Source of the DNA: Chrysomallon squamiferum
Taxonomy: Eukaryota; Animalia; Mollusca
Length of the DNA stretch: 64,000 nucleotides
Direction of reading: 5' to 3'
Assembly: GCA_012295275.1 (NCBI GenBank)
Contig: CM022676.1
Coordinates: 8,060,001-8,124,000, forward strand
How positions within the stretch are numbered: the first letter of the stretch is position 1; each line of letters starts with the position of its first letter. The position numbers and the translations under genes were made by a program. The notes under the pieces are model-generated. The model saw nothing but the letters and a program-made list of their open reading frames with translations. It was not told where the DNA came from and made no database searches. Below are positions 19,094 to 33,700 of this stretch, one piece after another.

Positions 19094-20007
19094 GTATTCA
19101 ATAGTCCATAATGGTTGTTCTAGGAAACCTGTTAAGATAAGGACAATAAATGCTAATAAATTTGTAAAATCAATAAATATTCAGGCATTTATGTTAAAAC
19201 TTTAGGTTATAAAAAGAAACTATGATTATAGACATTTAATAATAATAATAATAATAATAATAAATCCAAAAAAAAATTACAAAAAAAAAACAATACGAAA
19301 ATAACAAAATCGGGAACTCCCCATGACTCATAATGTGAGTTTCGGTGACCTACGTGATCAGGTGACAGAGTTGATCTGTATCCATACTCCAGCGTAGTAA
19401 TACATTCCAGTAGAAAACAATACTAACAAATAGTTCGTCGTAGTCGCGACACTTCCCCACACACACACCCACACACACAGATATATATATACACTCACAT
19501 ACACACACACTCAGACACACACACACAGGCAGATATATATATATACATTCACATACACACACACTCACACACACGCTACTCTTATATATACTACACAGTA
19601 ACAAGAAGAAGAAAACTTACCTAGAAAGCGACAGCTCATACGTTCGATATAAACATGACAACATTGATTCGTGATAATGTAACTGAACTCAACGATTGTA
19701 AAGCGTGTTTTGATATGAAATAGTCATTAAAAAAAGTCTCTGTCTTACGTACGTTTGATTAGACTCTGCACATAGACAATACTCGGGAACGCACTGGTGC
19801 AAGACACACAAACCTGTCAGATACCGCTGGTTTTATGAAACGTATATGTGTATTTGTGTCTGTATATATATATACATACAAATATGTGTGGGGTATGTAA
19901 ACAAAAAGTAAATGGAATAAAATTTAAATAAATAAAATTAAAATGAATCCAACATACACATTCAGATAGTCAACGAACACAAAATGTTTTTTGTTACAAA
20001 TAAATAA

Positions 20008-20038
<31 letters not shown>

Positions 20039-20411
20039 GATATAATAAAATTAATAGTGGTAGTAGTAGCAGCAGCAGAAGCAGCAGTAGTAATAATATT
20101 AATAACAATAGCAATAACAATAATTAATAAATAAATAAATAGTTATAAATAAAATACTTAAATTTAAAACAATGCAGGTTGCTTCCCGGATCTGTAGTTT
20201 CGTGTTCTTATTTAATTTTATACCTAAGAATACGTTTCGGGTAACACCCGTTATTGTTACATTTTGTGTAAACACTAGTGTGTATTTCTTACCTACAATC
20301 CAAATATATATCATTATATACGTACAAACGTAAGATTCCATATAAAAGACCATCTCGGTTTATCTACAAGGTACTTGCTTCCTTTTTGTTTTTCATATGT
20401 GTGTGTGTGTG

Positions 20412-20530
<119 letters not shown>

Positions 20531-20821
20531 TTATATGACTATTTTTCCTAAACATATTATTATTGCTCGTATTGTTGCTGCTGCTGTTGTCGTTGTGCTG
20601 CAGCTACTGTTGTTGATACTGTTCTTGTTGTTATTGTTATTCTTTTTTTGTGTTACTGTTATTATTATTATTAATAAATTTCTTTTTGCTGCTGCCCAAG
20701 ATATTCTCGTTCATTTTCTTGTTGTTGTTATTGTTGCTATTATTATTATTATTATTATTATTATTGTTGTTGTTGTTGTTGTTGTTGTTGTCATTATTGT
20801 TGTTATTATTATCAATATTAG

Positions 20822-21200
20822 GTGTACAAAACGTCGAATCAGGAGGTTTACTTATCACGATCTTTACAGATCCTTCAAGCAGGAGCATCAATCTCACCTG
20901 CTGGAACGGGCAAAAACACCCAGGCGTATTGTTGTCGTGGAAATGGAGGTTGATGAACGAAACATGGGCAGGGAACAGCCCGTCTGATTTGTGTAGTATT
21001 TCTAACACAAGTCTCGCATCGACTGCAGACTCCACCGACGCAGCGGTTCTTTACTGTGGTCTTGGTGCTGACGTGTTTACGGATATGACGTCATTGATGT
21101 TCTCCATGGAAACGGTTACAGGATGGCGTTTTATTCACTTTCAGTGTTACGACAAATTAAACGAAACAATTCATAAGGATGTATACCTTGTGAATGCAAG

Positions 21201-21240
<40 letters not shown>

Positions 21241-22997
21241 TATGTATATGTATGTATGTATGTAATATGTATGTTTAAATGTATGTGTTCATGTATGTGT
21301 GTGTATATACGCACGTATGCATGCATGCATGTATGTTTGTATGTATGTATGTCTATATGTATCTATGTATGTATGTATGCATGTATGAATGTATGTATGT
21401 ATGTATCTCATGTGTAAGTATGTATGTATGAATGTATGTGTGTGTCTGATTAGACTGTGTCTATATGTAATGTATGCATGTATGAATGTATGTATGTATG
21501 TATCTCATGTATGTATATGTACATGTGTGTTTGCCTGTATTTAGGAATATTATGAATGATTAGACTGAATGTATATATGTATGTATGTACAGAGATGTAT
21601 GAATGCATGAATGTATGTACCTATATATGTATATGTCCAGATGTATGAATGTACGTACGTATGTGTGCGCATGTAGATATGCATGGAAGAATGTATTTAT
21701 ATATGTATTATATATATATGAGTTTGTATATGTATACAAATATCTGAATGTGAATACATACATACATACATAAATACATGCATACACACAAACGCACACA
21801 CACACACACATACGAATGTTTTTATCTACGTGTTTCTTTGTATGTACGTGTGTCTGTCTGTCTCTCTGCATATCTGTTTACTAACATTATACTGGTCAGT
21901 GTTCTGTTTCGGAGCGTGACCCTTACTCGTTGTTACCTGTGTACCTCACTGTGATACTGACTATTGTTCCTCTGCTTTTCTACCTCACTACCTGTGCCTT
22001 TCTGTTGTCAGGTATGATCAATATATATTGTCATTATAGCTCTTATTATTGTTGTTGTCGTTGTCGTCGTTGTTATTATTATTATTTTATTATTATTATT
22101 ATTGTTGTTGTTGTTCTTCTTATTATTATTATTTTTGTTATTGTTATTATTATTGTTGTTGTTCTTGTTGTTGCTGATGTTGCTGTTGTTATTGTAGCTG
22201 TGCTGTTATTATTATTGTTGCTGTTTTGTCGTCGTCGTTGCTGCTATTATCTTCACTACTATTGTTATTTGATATTATTTAAACTTTTGTATTAAAAATG
22301 TACTGAAATGCTAAAAACAACAGAATACAAATCAGCTGACTTACAATAATACTATATGGACAAAAGTCGATTAGTCTGAATTTTATTTTCTGACCTAAGA
22401 CCAAAACTAATCTAGCAGTAAGTCACTGTCAAAATAAATAATCAGCCTATTTTACAGATACATGTCACAGGTAATCTGTTATCTGCACGTGTGTATTAGT
22501 AATACCTATACCACAATAAAGCATAGCTCTGTCCAGACAAGCTGAGGACTGTATCAGCAGACACGTTGTTGTCGTAATCTCGTGGCTGTTGTTATTATCA
22601 CTGATATTATTATTATTATTATTATTATCATCATCATCAAAAAGTAATGAGTATGCACGACAGTGAAATTGCTTAGAAAGCACTGTTCTCTTGTTCTTAT
22701 CAAATCTTTTTCACGTTCAGCGTCATATTTAAAACAGGCGGTGAATACTGAGATGTATCATACAATAGGTATATGTTGATGTTTGTATATTTTCCTTAAA
22801 AGATAATGTTATATAATTATTCAGTAAATGTCGGCAGAAGATGTCAAACATGCAGCTATATACCTTGGTTTATCATTTACCATCAAAGTCCTTGATAGAG
22901 CTTTCCTTAGAACGGGAAATAAAAAAAAAACCGACGATACGAAATATTTTATTGTAACAGTAAAATAAACAAATAAATAAATAAATAAATAAATATA

Positions 22998-23060
<63 letters not shown>

Positions 23061-23476
23061 CAAATAAATAATATGTTGTTATGTCTTATTTTGTTCTTCT
23101 GAAATTTTATTATTTTAGTTATAATTCGAAGAAGGAGATCACAGAAGAAAACATCTGAAACACAAACGAATGGTATATTATAATATATTTCATTTCATTT
23201 TATTTTATATTATTTTATTTTATTTATGAATTTATTTATTTATTTATTTATTTGCTTGTTTGTTTGTGTCTCGGCGTTTTTTTCTTTCTTTCTGTCCCTC
23301 TCTCTTTCTTTTAATCTTTAATAAATATTCATCAACTTTTATTTTATCTTACTCAGAAACAGAAGAAACTGAACCAAAAATGAATCCTAGAAAACCCAGA
23401 AATAATGTTCATTTTGATAAAGGTGATATATCAGTATTAAAACTCTCTCTCTCTCTCTCTTGCTTTTTGTTTTTCA

Positions 23477-23562
<86 letters not shown>

Positions 23563-24854
23563 ATATCTTTTTCATATTTTAGCAATAAATGTTCACTGAT
23601 TAATGGAAACAAAGCGACATATATTTTGCTGTAGTGTTGGCAAATATGTATAATGATGATGATAATAATGACTTCTGTTGTGCTGAAGGCATGAACTTTG
23701 TTTTGTTCATCTTAACAGTAATATATACAGTATTCCCTCGCTATTCGCGGGGGTTACGTTCTTTACCCCCCCGCGAATAGCGAAAAACCGCGAATATTGG
23801 ATGCAGTTTTAAAACGTCTATTATGAGATTATATACGGTACTAGATGCTTCCCAAACACTTTCTAAAGACACTCTTACTCATTAATACAGTAATAATGTA
23901 GTAATATTGCATGCAGTTATGTATTTCACTAATGTAGTAATGATAATGTAAACGCATTTTAATTTTGTACTGAAACAATATTTAAATCAGAAAGAAACGT
24001 AAGTACATGAGGACAGTAACACCGCATAGCATAGTTACCCATACAGTATTACTGTACCGTCAAGTCATTTTCTATGCGTACAACATATGTATTAGAACTG
24101 ACAGAAAGTGGAACAAATTTAAAGGCAAACAGACAGATAAATACAGTACGCACAGTTCAGGTAATAATATGCAATTAAAAACATTATTAATACACGGTCA
24201 CAAAAAATATGCACTGTACATACAGTGTATGCATTTATAAAAAAATACGTACTGTATTGCAATAATAATTGAAAAAATTTGATATTGTTTGTGCGGTTTA
24301 CCGAGCATTTGTTTTTATGACGTTATGACGCTCGCCTGGTATACCAGCATACGATGCGATAGGGTTAAGAGCCTAACCCGCGAATATGCGGGGCCGCGAA
24401 TGGGGAACCGCGAACAGGTGAGGGTATACTGTATATATATAATATGAATGCTGACGATGTTGATTATACGAATGAAACGACAGTGTTGTCAGTTTCAGCA
24501 ACGACCATGGATAGATTGTTAGAAAAAAGACATTCCACTGTCACAGACACGCTTGTTTTCTTTCAATTGCAGTTTCAGAATGGCTGACCGATTTCTGCAA
24601 GTCTCGTCGAGCTGACGATATAGGCTAATAAAAAATTAATAATTACGTAATGAGCCAATACGTTCTGACGTCACACTTCATATTGTATTCCACAAAGTGA
24701 CTTTAATAGTATTAGTATTTTCTTAATAATAATAATAATAATAATCATGGGAGCTAAGATTTGAGGTAATTTTTCAGATGAATACGACGGTTTGTACGCC
24801 AATGCGGAGACAATTTCGGCGTATGCCTACATGGAGCATGAAATAAACGACTGA
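20822..24854 (+). CDS. Putative type I Ig-like receptor with Tyr-rich cytoplasmic tail (5' end not found; may be disrupted)
   Basis: Phase 1-1 exon 20822-21199 (INLTCWN...LSWKW...DAAVLYC...FQCY, several N-x-S/T). TM exon ~21900-22011 (LLPVYLTVILTIVPLLFYLTTCAFLLS). Exon 23119-23172 (VIIRRRRSQKK, stop-transfer). Exon 23357-23422 (ETEETEPKMNPRKPRNNVHFDK). Terminal exon 24778-24854 (DEYDGLYANAETISAYAYMEHEIND*). The Ig-to-TM junction is out of phase with the best splice sites. Confidence 0.55.
23728..24431. mobile_element. Second copy of the same non-autonomous element, with internal deletion
   Basis: Same TIRs and TA flanks, near-identical body. It lacks the segment corresponding to ~4533-4703. 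Confidence 0.85.
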
Positions 24855-25184
24855 TTTACTAGAAATCTGTGTTATTGTTTGCTTGCACACAAACGCGCGC
24901 GCACACATCCACATACACACAAACGCGCGCGCACACATCCACATACACACAAACGCGCGCGCACACATCCACATACACACAAACACAGATATTCACACAG
25001 ACACACAGAGACACACAACATGTGTATATTCTGTATTTCGATATGTGTGTATGTGTATACATATATACACACACACACACACACACAAAAATGCATACGT
25101 ACGTACGTGCAGACATATATAGATACAGTGTCGTTTATACATAACAAACCAGTGTATGATTAGAAAGTTCATAAATATATTTAT

Positions 25185-25224
<40 letters not shown>

Positions 25225-25519
25225 TAACAACAACAATATCAACAATAATAATAAATACAAGCAAATTTTCTAAATGTTTACACACTTTCAATTTCCAGGT
25301 TGTACCATTATGCTCCAATCCCAGGTATGAAAACTGAAATACCTTTATAAGAAATTAAAAATATAAATTTAAAATGAATTGAAATTTCACTATCAGACAA
25401 CCAAAATTAAGTAATATATATTTTTTTTAATATAGTTTAAAACAAAAGTAATAATACATAAAATAAAGATAAATTGAAATTACATAAAATAAAGATAAAC
25501 TGAATTGTTTCACACTGTG

Positions 25520-26010
25520 TCGAATCATCGAAATCAGATTATATCATATCATATAGTGAATAGTATCGAATCGGATCAAACCGTATTGCATCGTATCGAG
25601 CCGAATCAGATCAAATCAAAGTATATCATATTACAACATATCATACCCTGTGTGGTCGAACCGAACTGAATCAAATTAAATCAAATACAACCTAGTCATA
25701 TCACATCGTATCGTATCGTATCGTATCCTATCCTATCCTATCCTATCCTATCATACAGATTGAAATCAAATCATATCATAGTGTATCCTATCGTTTCGTA
25801 TTGAATCTATAGAAACGCAATCAAGTCATATGGAATCGAATTGAATCGAATCTAACCCAGTCCTGTTTAAATCAATCTAATCTAATCAAATCAAATCAAA
25901 TCGAAACAAATCAAATCAAATCAAATCAAACAGAATCAAATCGAATGGAATCGAATCGAATGAAATGACAACCAATCGAATCAATTACAACGGAATTGAT
26001 TCAAATCAAA
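25520..26010. repeat. Degenerate pentamer satellite (ATCGA/ATCAA/ATCCT/ATCGT)n
   Basis: Continuous 5-nt periodicity with local unit changes. Confidence 0.85.
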
Positions 26011-26114
26011 GCATTATCATCAAAACAAAAACAACAAAATATATATAAAAAAAATACAACAACAAACAAACAAACAAATAAATAAATAAATAAATAAAGG
26101 ATTGTAAATAAAGA

Positions 26115-26704
26115 TCATTCACAATTACGAAGATTTGGATTAACGGCAAAGCCGTCATAAGAACACCGCAATTTATTCTTTCTCGAAAGATAGTACAGAA
26201 CCGAGGCTAGTACAATAATGACGAAACAAGCAAAATACGTGACCACAATGACGATAGTAAAAATGCCGACTACGCCGGTAGCATAGGGATTAAAATATTC
26301 CTGGAAGTAGAGCGATACCGGGAAATTCTCTTCATCGTGGATGACGTTAATCGCTGGATCACAGACCTGAATGAGAAACTCGAGTATCGGCTTATCGAAC
26401 TCCGCCTTCGTCCTTCTCGTCCGTTCGTTGGCGGGGTCCGTGTCGCCGCAGTAGTTCTTGCACAAGAGAAATCGGTTTTCGGAGCCCAGAAGGCCAAGTC
26501 TACCAAGAACAGATTTCTGAGTAGCTTTGACTTTCTCGTCGTCTGACGAACTAACTTTGTCACTTTTTGTCATCACACAGAAGACAGGAATTGCTGAAAA
26601 AGTGTCAAACCCGCTTTGAAAGAACAACAACAACAACAATAACAAAAACAGCAGAACTACAACAACAATAATAATATTAGTAGTAACAGCAACAACAACA
26701 ACAA

Positions 26705-26735
<31 letters not shown>

Positions 26736-27482
26736 CAGATGAAGATTTCAGCAAGTTAGGTAACTCTCACTGCTTTAAATTAATTAACTCCCCTGAACAC
26801 TTACTTCTTCGACAAGCACTGGAAACCGGTCTAGCAGCTCGCATCACAGCATCAATTAAAGCAATTGGTGCTTCTTCATTAGCGGAACAAACAAATATGA
26901 CACGGTCTACTTTCAGACTGTCATCTTTCAGTAAATACCTTGGTAGTCGAATCTGTTCTCGTTTCAGGTAATCGTACGCAAATTTAAGATCTTCATTTTC
27001 TGGGATTCTCCCGTAAAAGAGAAGCTAGAAAAGAAAACAAAGAATGGAAAGATTTCCAAATATTTTAGCTTGTTAGAAAACGTTTCAAGAACCCTGACGC
27101 TAACGCAAAGACGGGCCCTAGAACTGTTTTTAAGTATGAAACAAACATCCCAAGTGAACCTAAATATGGACGCCCAGTAATTAGGAAGTCTCGTACAAAC
27201 ATAAAAACAATCGAAGATACACAAACACACTACTTTAATGTTGATGGATCCTAATCTCTATTTAATATTATGTGATAGTTTCTCCGCTACATGCTTTCAT
27301 TTTAGGATCAAGACTATTTTATCTTCTTTCTTTTTTTTTATTATTATTATTTTTTTTTATAGTCAAGGTTATATCATATTAATAAAATAAAATAAAATCA
27401 AAAGTAAAATACTGATACTCAAAAGTAAATACAAATCTGCATCTCATTCACTCTCTCTCTGTCTTTCGTTTTCTGTCTCACA

Positions 27483-27575
<93 letters not shown>

Positions 27576-27971
27576 GTGTAGATAAAATAGATGAAAATCA
27601 ATATCGCCCATTGACAAACTGAAATCGCTCAGCATCTATTGTCTGGTGGATTATAATTGCTTTAAACGCAACAAGCTCTGTAACATACTTGCAGAATTTT
27701 TTCCCAAGTTTTATCAATGGTGTCTGGAAATCCAGGCGTGTCTATCAAAGTGGGAAGTTTATCTGCAAACAGACCTGATGGCTGACAGCATCTTGGAAAC
27801 CTGGAGAGCAATAATCATGAACAATCAGGTAAGTAAATAATTTAAAACAACGCACGCCATTCTTTGAGAAGCAACGTCATAAAACTATCGTTTGATTTGG
27901 TGTTTTAGACTTTTCCAGATTTAATGTGTGTATGTATTTAATACATATATAGATGCATATATGTATATGCA

Positions 27972-28011
<40 letters not shown>

Positions 28012-28495
28012 TGCATGTATGCGTATATGCATCTATATATGTATGAATGAATATATGTATGTATGTATGTGTGTATATATGTATGTCTTCAAGTATGTAT
28101 TTTAAGATTTGAATATGTACGTCTGATTAGACTCCACGTAGACAATATTTATGTGTGTGTGTGTGTGTGTCTACTATGTATGTATATATACGTATGTATG
28201 TACAAAGATCTACATGGGTATATATTTATGTATTAGAATGAAGGCACTTAGGTTTTTGCCTCATGGTAAAATTGGTCATCGGTTCTCCGTCGTTTTCTCT
28301 CAAACCGGAATAAGCGTGTTCCCGCCATTTGTCTTGCGAGACGGCTGCTGCTATTGTATTAATAAAAGCTGACTTTCCTACGCCCACACAGCCGATCAGA
28401 ATCACGTTCAGCGGCTTTTGCTGCAGCATGGAACAAATCGTACTTCTCAGCTCTAAAACTGTATGCACACACGTTCCCATCTCTATTCCCTCCAT
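26115..28495 (-). CDS. IFI44: IFI44-like P-loop GTPase with C-terminal hydrophobic anchor (~348 aa, 4 exons)
   Basis: Exons 28495-28260 ([19 protein letters not shown]1), 27800-27689 (LIDTPGF, G3), 27024-26805 (LLFYGRIP...KVDRVIFV), 26593-26115 ([11 protein letters not shown]4; LLCKNY; [32 protein letters not shown]). Motif order matches the IFI44/IFI44L GTPase domain. No TLDc domain is seen. Intron 1 needs a GC donor or a weak downstream GT. Confidence 0.75.
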
Positions 28496-28760
28496 TACGA
28501 GTTTATATAATTTTCAATGCAGGCACGAAACGCATGCAGAAGCCTTGAAACTATAGACTCATTAATATTACGGCAGAACGGCAGACTTACAAGAAGGCAT
28601 GTCCGATAATAACAGTGACGTCATTCTTTTATAGCGTTATGACGTACGTTTGTGCCGGTTTCATACATTTTGTTCGTTACATTCAAACACACACACACAT
28701 CCATACATAACATATATATATACATACATATACATACATATATATATATATATATGTTCG

Positions 28761-28795
<35 letters not shown>

Positions 28796-29095
28796 CACTA
28801 TATACATAACCACACACGTGGACATAGTCATACACATATTTTTTATGTATTTATTTACGTATATGTGCAACTTTGTATTTATCTATGTATATTTGCAAGT
28901 TTGTATTTGTGTATATATGAATGTATCTCTCTTGCTATTTAAATATACAATCTCTACACAAACATAAAAAAACCCAATAGAGTGACAGCCAAATATTAAA
29001 AATAATTCTCCGTTTTTCTGTCAGTTATTGAGCTTGTTGCTCATCCTTTCATGATGAATGTAATTATAGTACTTAGTATTAGAGTACTCAGCAAT

Positions 29096-29139
<44 letters not shown>

Positions 29140-29415
29140 CAGTACTAACAATAACAATAACAATAATAATAATAATAATAAAGATATTTTAATTAAATTT
29201 ATTTTTATTCACTCAATGAATAATCATCACATTTTAAATCTTAATATTAAGAATATCCAAAATGATTAATATGAATTAAACATGCATTTAAAGATGTGTT
29301 ATTCCTACAGATGGAGGTGAGGGTGGGTTTGAGTGTGTCTGTGAGAAGGTATGAAGAAAGGTATGCACACACCACACATCTATATATATACACGTGTGTA
29401 TATATATATATACAC

Positions 29416-29472
<57 letters not shown>

Positions 29473-29937
29473 TGTATGTATATATATATCTTTTGTTTTG
29501 TGAGGGATTGAAAGCACCAAGCATAATCTAAAGATACATAAACAGTATTAACATGTCTGAGGTTTATTTCTCCTTGTTTAGACGTAAAGTACTTGGGATA
29601 TTAATATATGGTGAAATACTGTCACTGGTGCTTGCTTAAGGAACCCAGGTCTGCCAGTATTGATCAGTGGTGTGAGATGTTATCAGTGTGACTGCAATGA
29701 AAGAGATTTCAAGAGAGAAGAGAGAGTATCTGGCAATTCCACGCCATATAACTACAATATTACTATCTATAATGTTATATTATAATTGTCTATCATGTCG
29801 TACAATCAAGCAGAGAAATTAAAGATATAATCCAAATCAAACTAGGTTTTGTGTGAGAACAATCAAGAACAAGTTGTAAATATAGTCATTCAGATTTTAT
29901 ACAGAATTACTATTTTATGATTTTCTTCATCAAGCTT

Positions 29938-30195
29938 TTAAATATTCTTACGGATAATCTCTCTCATTTTCTCTTTCTGTGGATTGGAAAACTCTTTGAA
30001 AATAGTGAACATTCGCCCTCTAGAGCTCAAGTCCAATAACTCTGGGTGCTCCTTGATAGAAATCAGTTTTTCATTAAACAGTTTATCTGGTGGTAGATTC
30101 TTTGAGCCCTTATCTCGTGCATACACAAGGATGACGTCACCTAAAACATACATGTATCTACATTAGATCTGTATTTAATTATTTATTTATATATT

Positions 30196-30261
<66 letters not shown>

Positions 30262-30932
30262 AATATATACAAAATATACACTCTTTACACATATAAGAGT
30301 ATCTTCAAAGACCTAGGTAATGACTGTTATTTTTAAAATATTGTTATTATTATTATTATTATCATTAATATTATTATTTATTTTTGTTATTGTTATTATT
30401 ATTTTTGCTGTTTTGTTATTATTCTTATTCCTATTGTTAGTATTATTATTTTTATTAATTAATTATTATTATTATTGATGTTGTTATTTTAATTATTACT
30501 GATAGTTTTATTATTATTGTTATTATTAGTTATTATTTTTAGCATTATTATTCTATATTATTAGTAGTATTAATTTTAATTATTATTATTATTATTGATG
30601 TTGTTGCTTATTATAATTACTGTTTTATTGTTATTTTTATTACTATTAGTAGTATTACAATTATTTTAGTATTATTTTCTAATTTTGTTATTACTATTAT
30701 TACTAGTAGTGGTAGTAGTTATTTTTATTATTGTTGTTATTATTATTATTATTATTATTGTTATTATAATTATTACTGATATTTTTATTATTATTGTTAT
30801 TTTTATTAGTGGTATATACTATTATTACAATTACTATTATTATTATGATCATTATTAATTTATTGCTTAATTTATTGTCTCTATGTGTTACTGAAATCTA
30901 ACTCACCACCCATTCATACATACAAGAATATC

Positions 30933-30966
<34 letters not shown>

Positions 30967-30978
30967 ATTATTATTACA

Positions 30979-31016
<38 letters not shown>

Positions 31017-31745
31017 TACTACTACAACTAGTACTGTTATTACTATTATTATAGTGTTATTACTGTTACTATTGGTATTATCACTATTATAATTGACATT
31101 ACAAATTTATTTCAAATCACATTACTCTGAGGTCCTGTCAAACAATCTTTACGTGTTACTGGACTATGACTCACCACCCATTTTACGTAACGCCTGAACA
31201 GTTGTCAGTCTCATGTTCCCAGGTCCCTTTGCTGGGTCTTCAAGAATCACATTCCTCTCGTTGTAATCTACATAGACTATGTAGACCTTAGAGCGAGGTA
31301 CTCGCAGAATATCCTCAAACCGGTTCAACAACATATCAACAGTTTTTATTGCTGGATCACTGACAAGAACCTCTGATGTCTGCTTGACGTGTTGTTTAGA
31401 CATTTCACTGTGGAAAGTGATTGTGCAGACTTCTCCATTAAGCTTCTCTCTGTGAACCTTGCTAAGAGTGTTTTCATCACCCTGTTGTGTTAAATTTAAT
31501 ATAAATCTCTGATTATATATATATAAACAGATATATGCATTCACTCATTCATATATGTATATGTATAACCTTTGTATGTGTGTGTATGTGTATATGTGTG
31601 TGTGTGTATTTATTTGTATATAAGTATGGATGTGTGTATGTGTGTGTATATGTTGTACACATGTGTGTAACAATGGATATGTATGGGAATATGTATTTAT
31701 AATTTGCATGTGTATGTATATGAGTCAGTATATGTGTATCTATGA

Positions 31746-31788
<43 letters not shown>

Positions 31789-32070
31789 AAAGAAAATTAC
31801 CCGTATTTCATTTCGAGAGGAGGCTCTAGATAATGTATTATTATCCATTACGTCAGCTGTGTCTTTTTGGTAAACAGCTTGATTATGTGGTCTGATCCGT
31901 GACGTAAGAAGTTTGCCCATTACAGCAAACAGAATGATTTCACCCAGGCCAATCAGAACGATAATGAAACTCCAAACTAAAATACATTAATTAAATACCA
32001 ACAAAATATAAATGTAAGTCGGGTTAATGTAAGTGTGTGTAAGTGTGTGTAGTTGTGTGTGTGTGTGTAG

Positions 32071-32118
<48 letters not shown>

Positions 32119-32868
32119 TAAATGATATTAACACAAAATGAAAACTACCAAAATCAGACTCTCTCTCTCTCACTCACTCACTCACTCATACATATGAACA
32201 TAAATACAAATATATATGTACATAAATACAAACACCTATGCACACACGCACGCACACACACACACACACATATAAGTATATATACACATACATAGACATA
32301 TACAGACATACACAAAAACTAAATATAATTTCACTCACCGTTTGTCAGGAATATGAATATAATGTAGATATCTGACCCTGTACTGCGTGTTGCTTGTACA
32401 AAATGGTGTCTGAAGTAGTTGCTGTAGTTTCGATGTNNNNNNNNNNNNNNNNNNNNNNNNNNNNNNNNNNNNNNNNNNNNNNNNNNNNNNNNNNNNNNNN
32501 NNNNNNNNNNNNNNNNNNNNNNNNNNNNNNNNNNNNNNNNNNNNNNNNNNNNNNNNNNNNNNNNNNNNNNNNNNNNNNNNNNNNNNNNNNNNNNNNNNNN
32601 NNNNNNNNNNNNNNNNNNNNNNNNNNNNNNNNNNNNTTATTATCCATTACGTCAGCTGTGTCTTTTTGGTAAACAGCTTGATTATGTGGTCTGATCCGTG
32701 ACGTAAGAAGTTTGCCCATTACAGCAAACAGAATGATTTCACCCAGGCCAATCAGAACGATAATGAAACTCCAAACTAAAATACATTAATTAAATACCAA
32801 CAAAATATAAATGTAAGTCGGTTAATGTAAGTGTGTGTAAGTGTGTGTAGTTGTGTGTGTGTGTGTAG

Positions 32869-32916
<48 letters not shown>

Positions 32917-33526
32917 TAAATGATATTAACACAAAATGAAAACTACCAAAATCAGACTCTCTCTCTCACTCACTCACTCACTCACTCATACATATGAACA
33001 TAAATACAAATATATATGTACATAAATACAAACACCTATGCACACACGCACGCACGCACACACACACACATATAAGTATATATACACATACATAGACATA
33101 TACAGACATACACAAAAACTAAATATAATTTCACTCACCGTTTGTCAGGAAATATGAATATAACGCAGATATCTGACCCTGTACTGCGTGTTGCTTGTAA
33201 AAAATGGTGTCTGCGAAGTTGCTGTAGTTTCTTTCGATGTCCGCTCTGGTAGCGTTCAGCTCTTTCTTCCATGACTTTTCGTTCTCATCTATTAATTTAA
33301 GCGTCTCATTTCTCTCTATCTGACAAATATCCCTAAGCTTTTGTTCAGAGAGCGGAGTGATGGTTGGTGTGGCATTCGTGTTTACATTGCTGTTAACTTT
33401 TTCCAAAAGTGACTGAAGAATTCTCTCCTCTTGGCCAGTTTGGTACCAGGTGTTAAACAGACCAGAAAAAAGAGATCCCAGAAAAAAACTGGTAACAACC
33501 CTGAAAATAAATGAAGTTATTAGATA

Positions 33527-33557
<31 letters not shown>

Positions 33558-33651
33558 AGATGATGATGATGATGATGATAATAATAATAATAATAATAAC
33601 ATTTTAGTTGATTTATTTTTTGTCTCAATAATCACCACATTCTATCATGAT

Positions 33652-33700
<49 letters not shown>

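Noticed and set aside
20172-20240. Candidate signal-peptide exon for the Ig-like gene (MQVASRICSFVFLFNFIPKNTFR)
   Set aside because: Its donor is phase 0 whereas the Ig exon needs phase 1, so it could not be joined.
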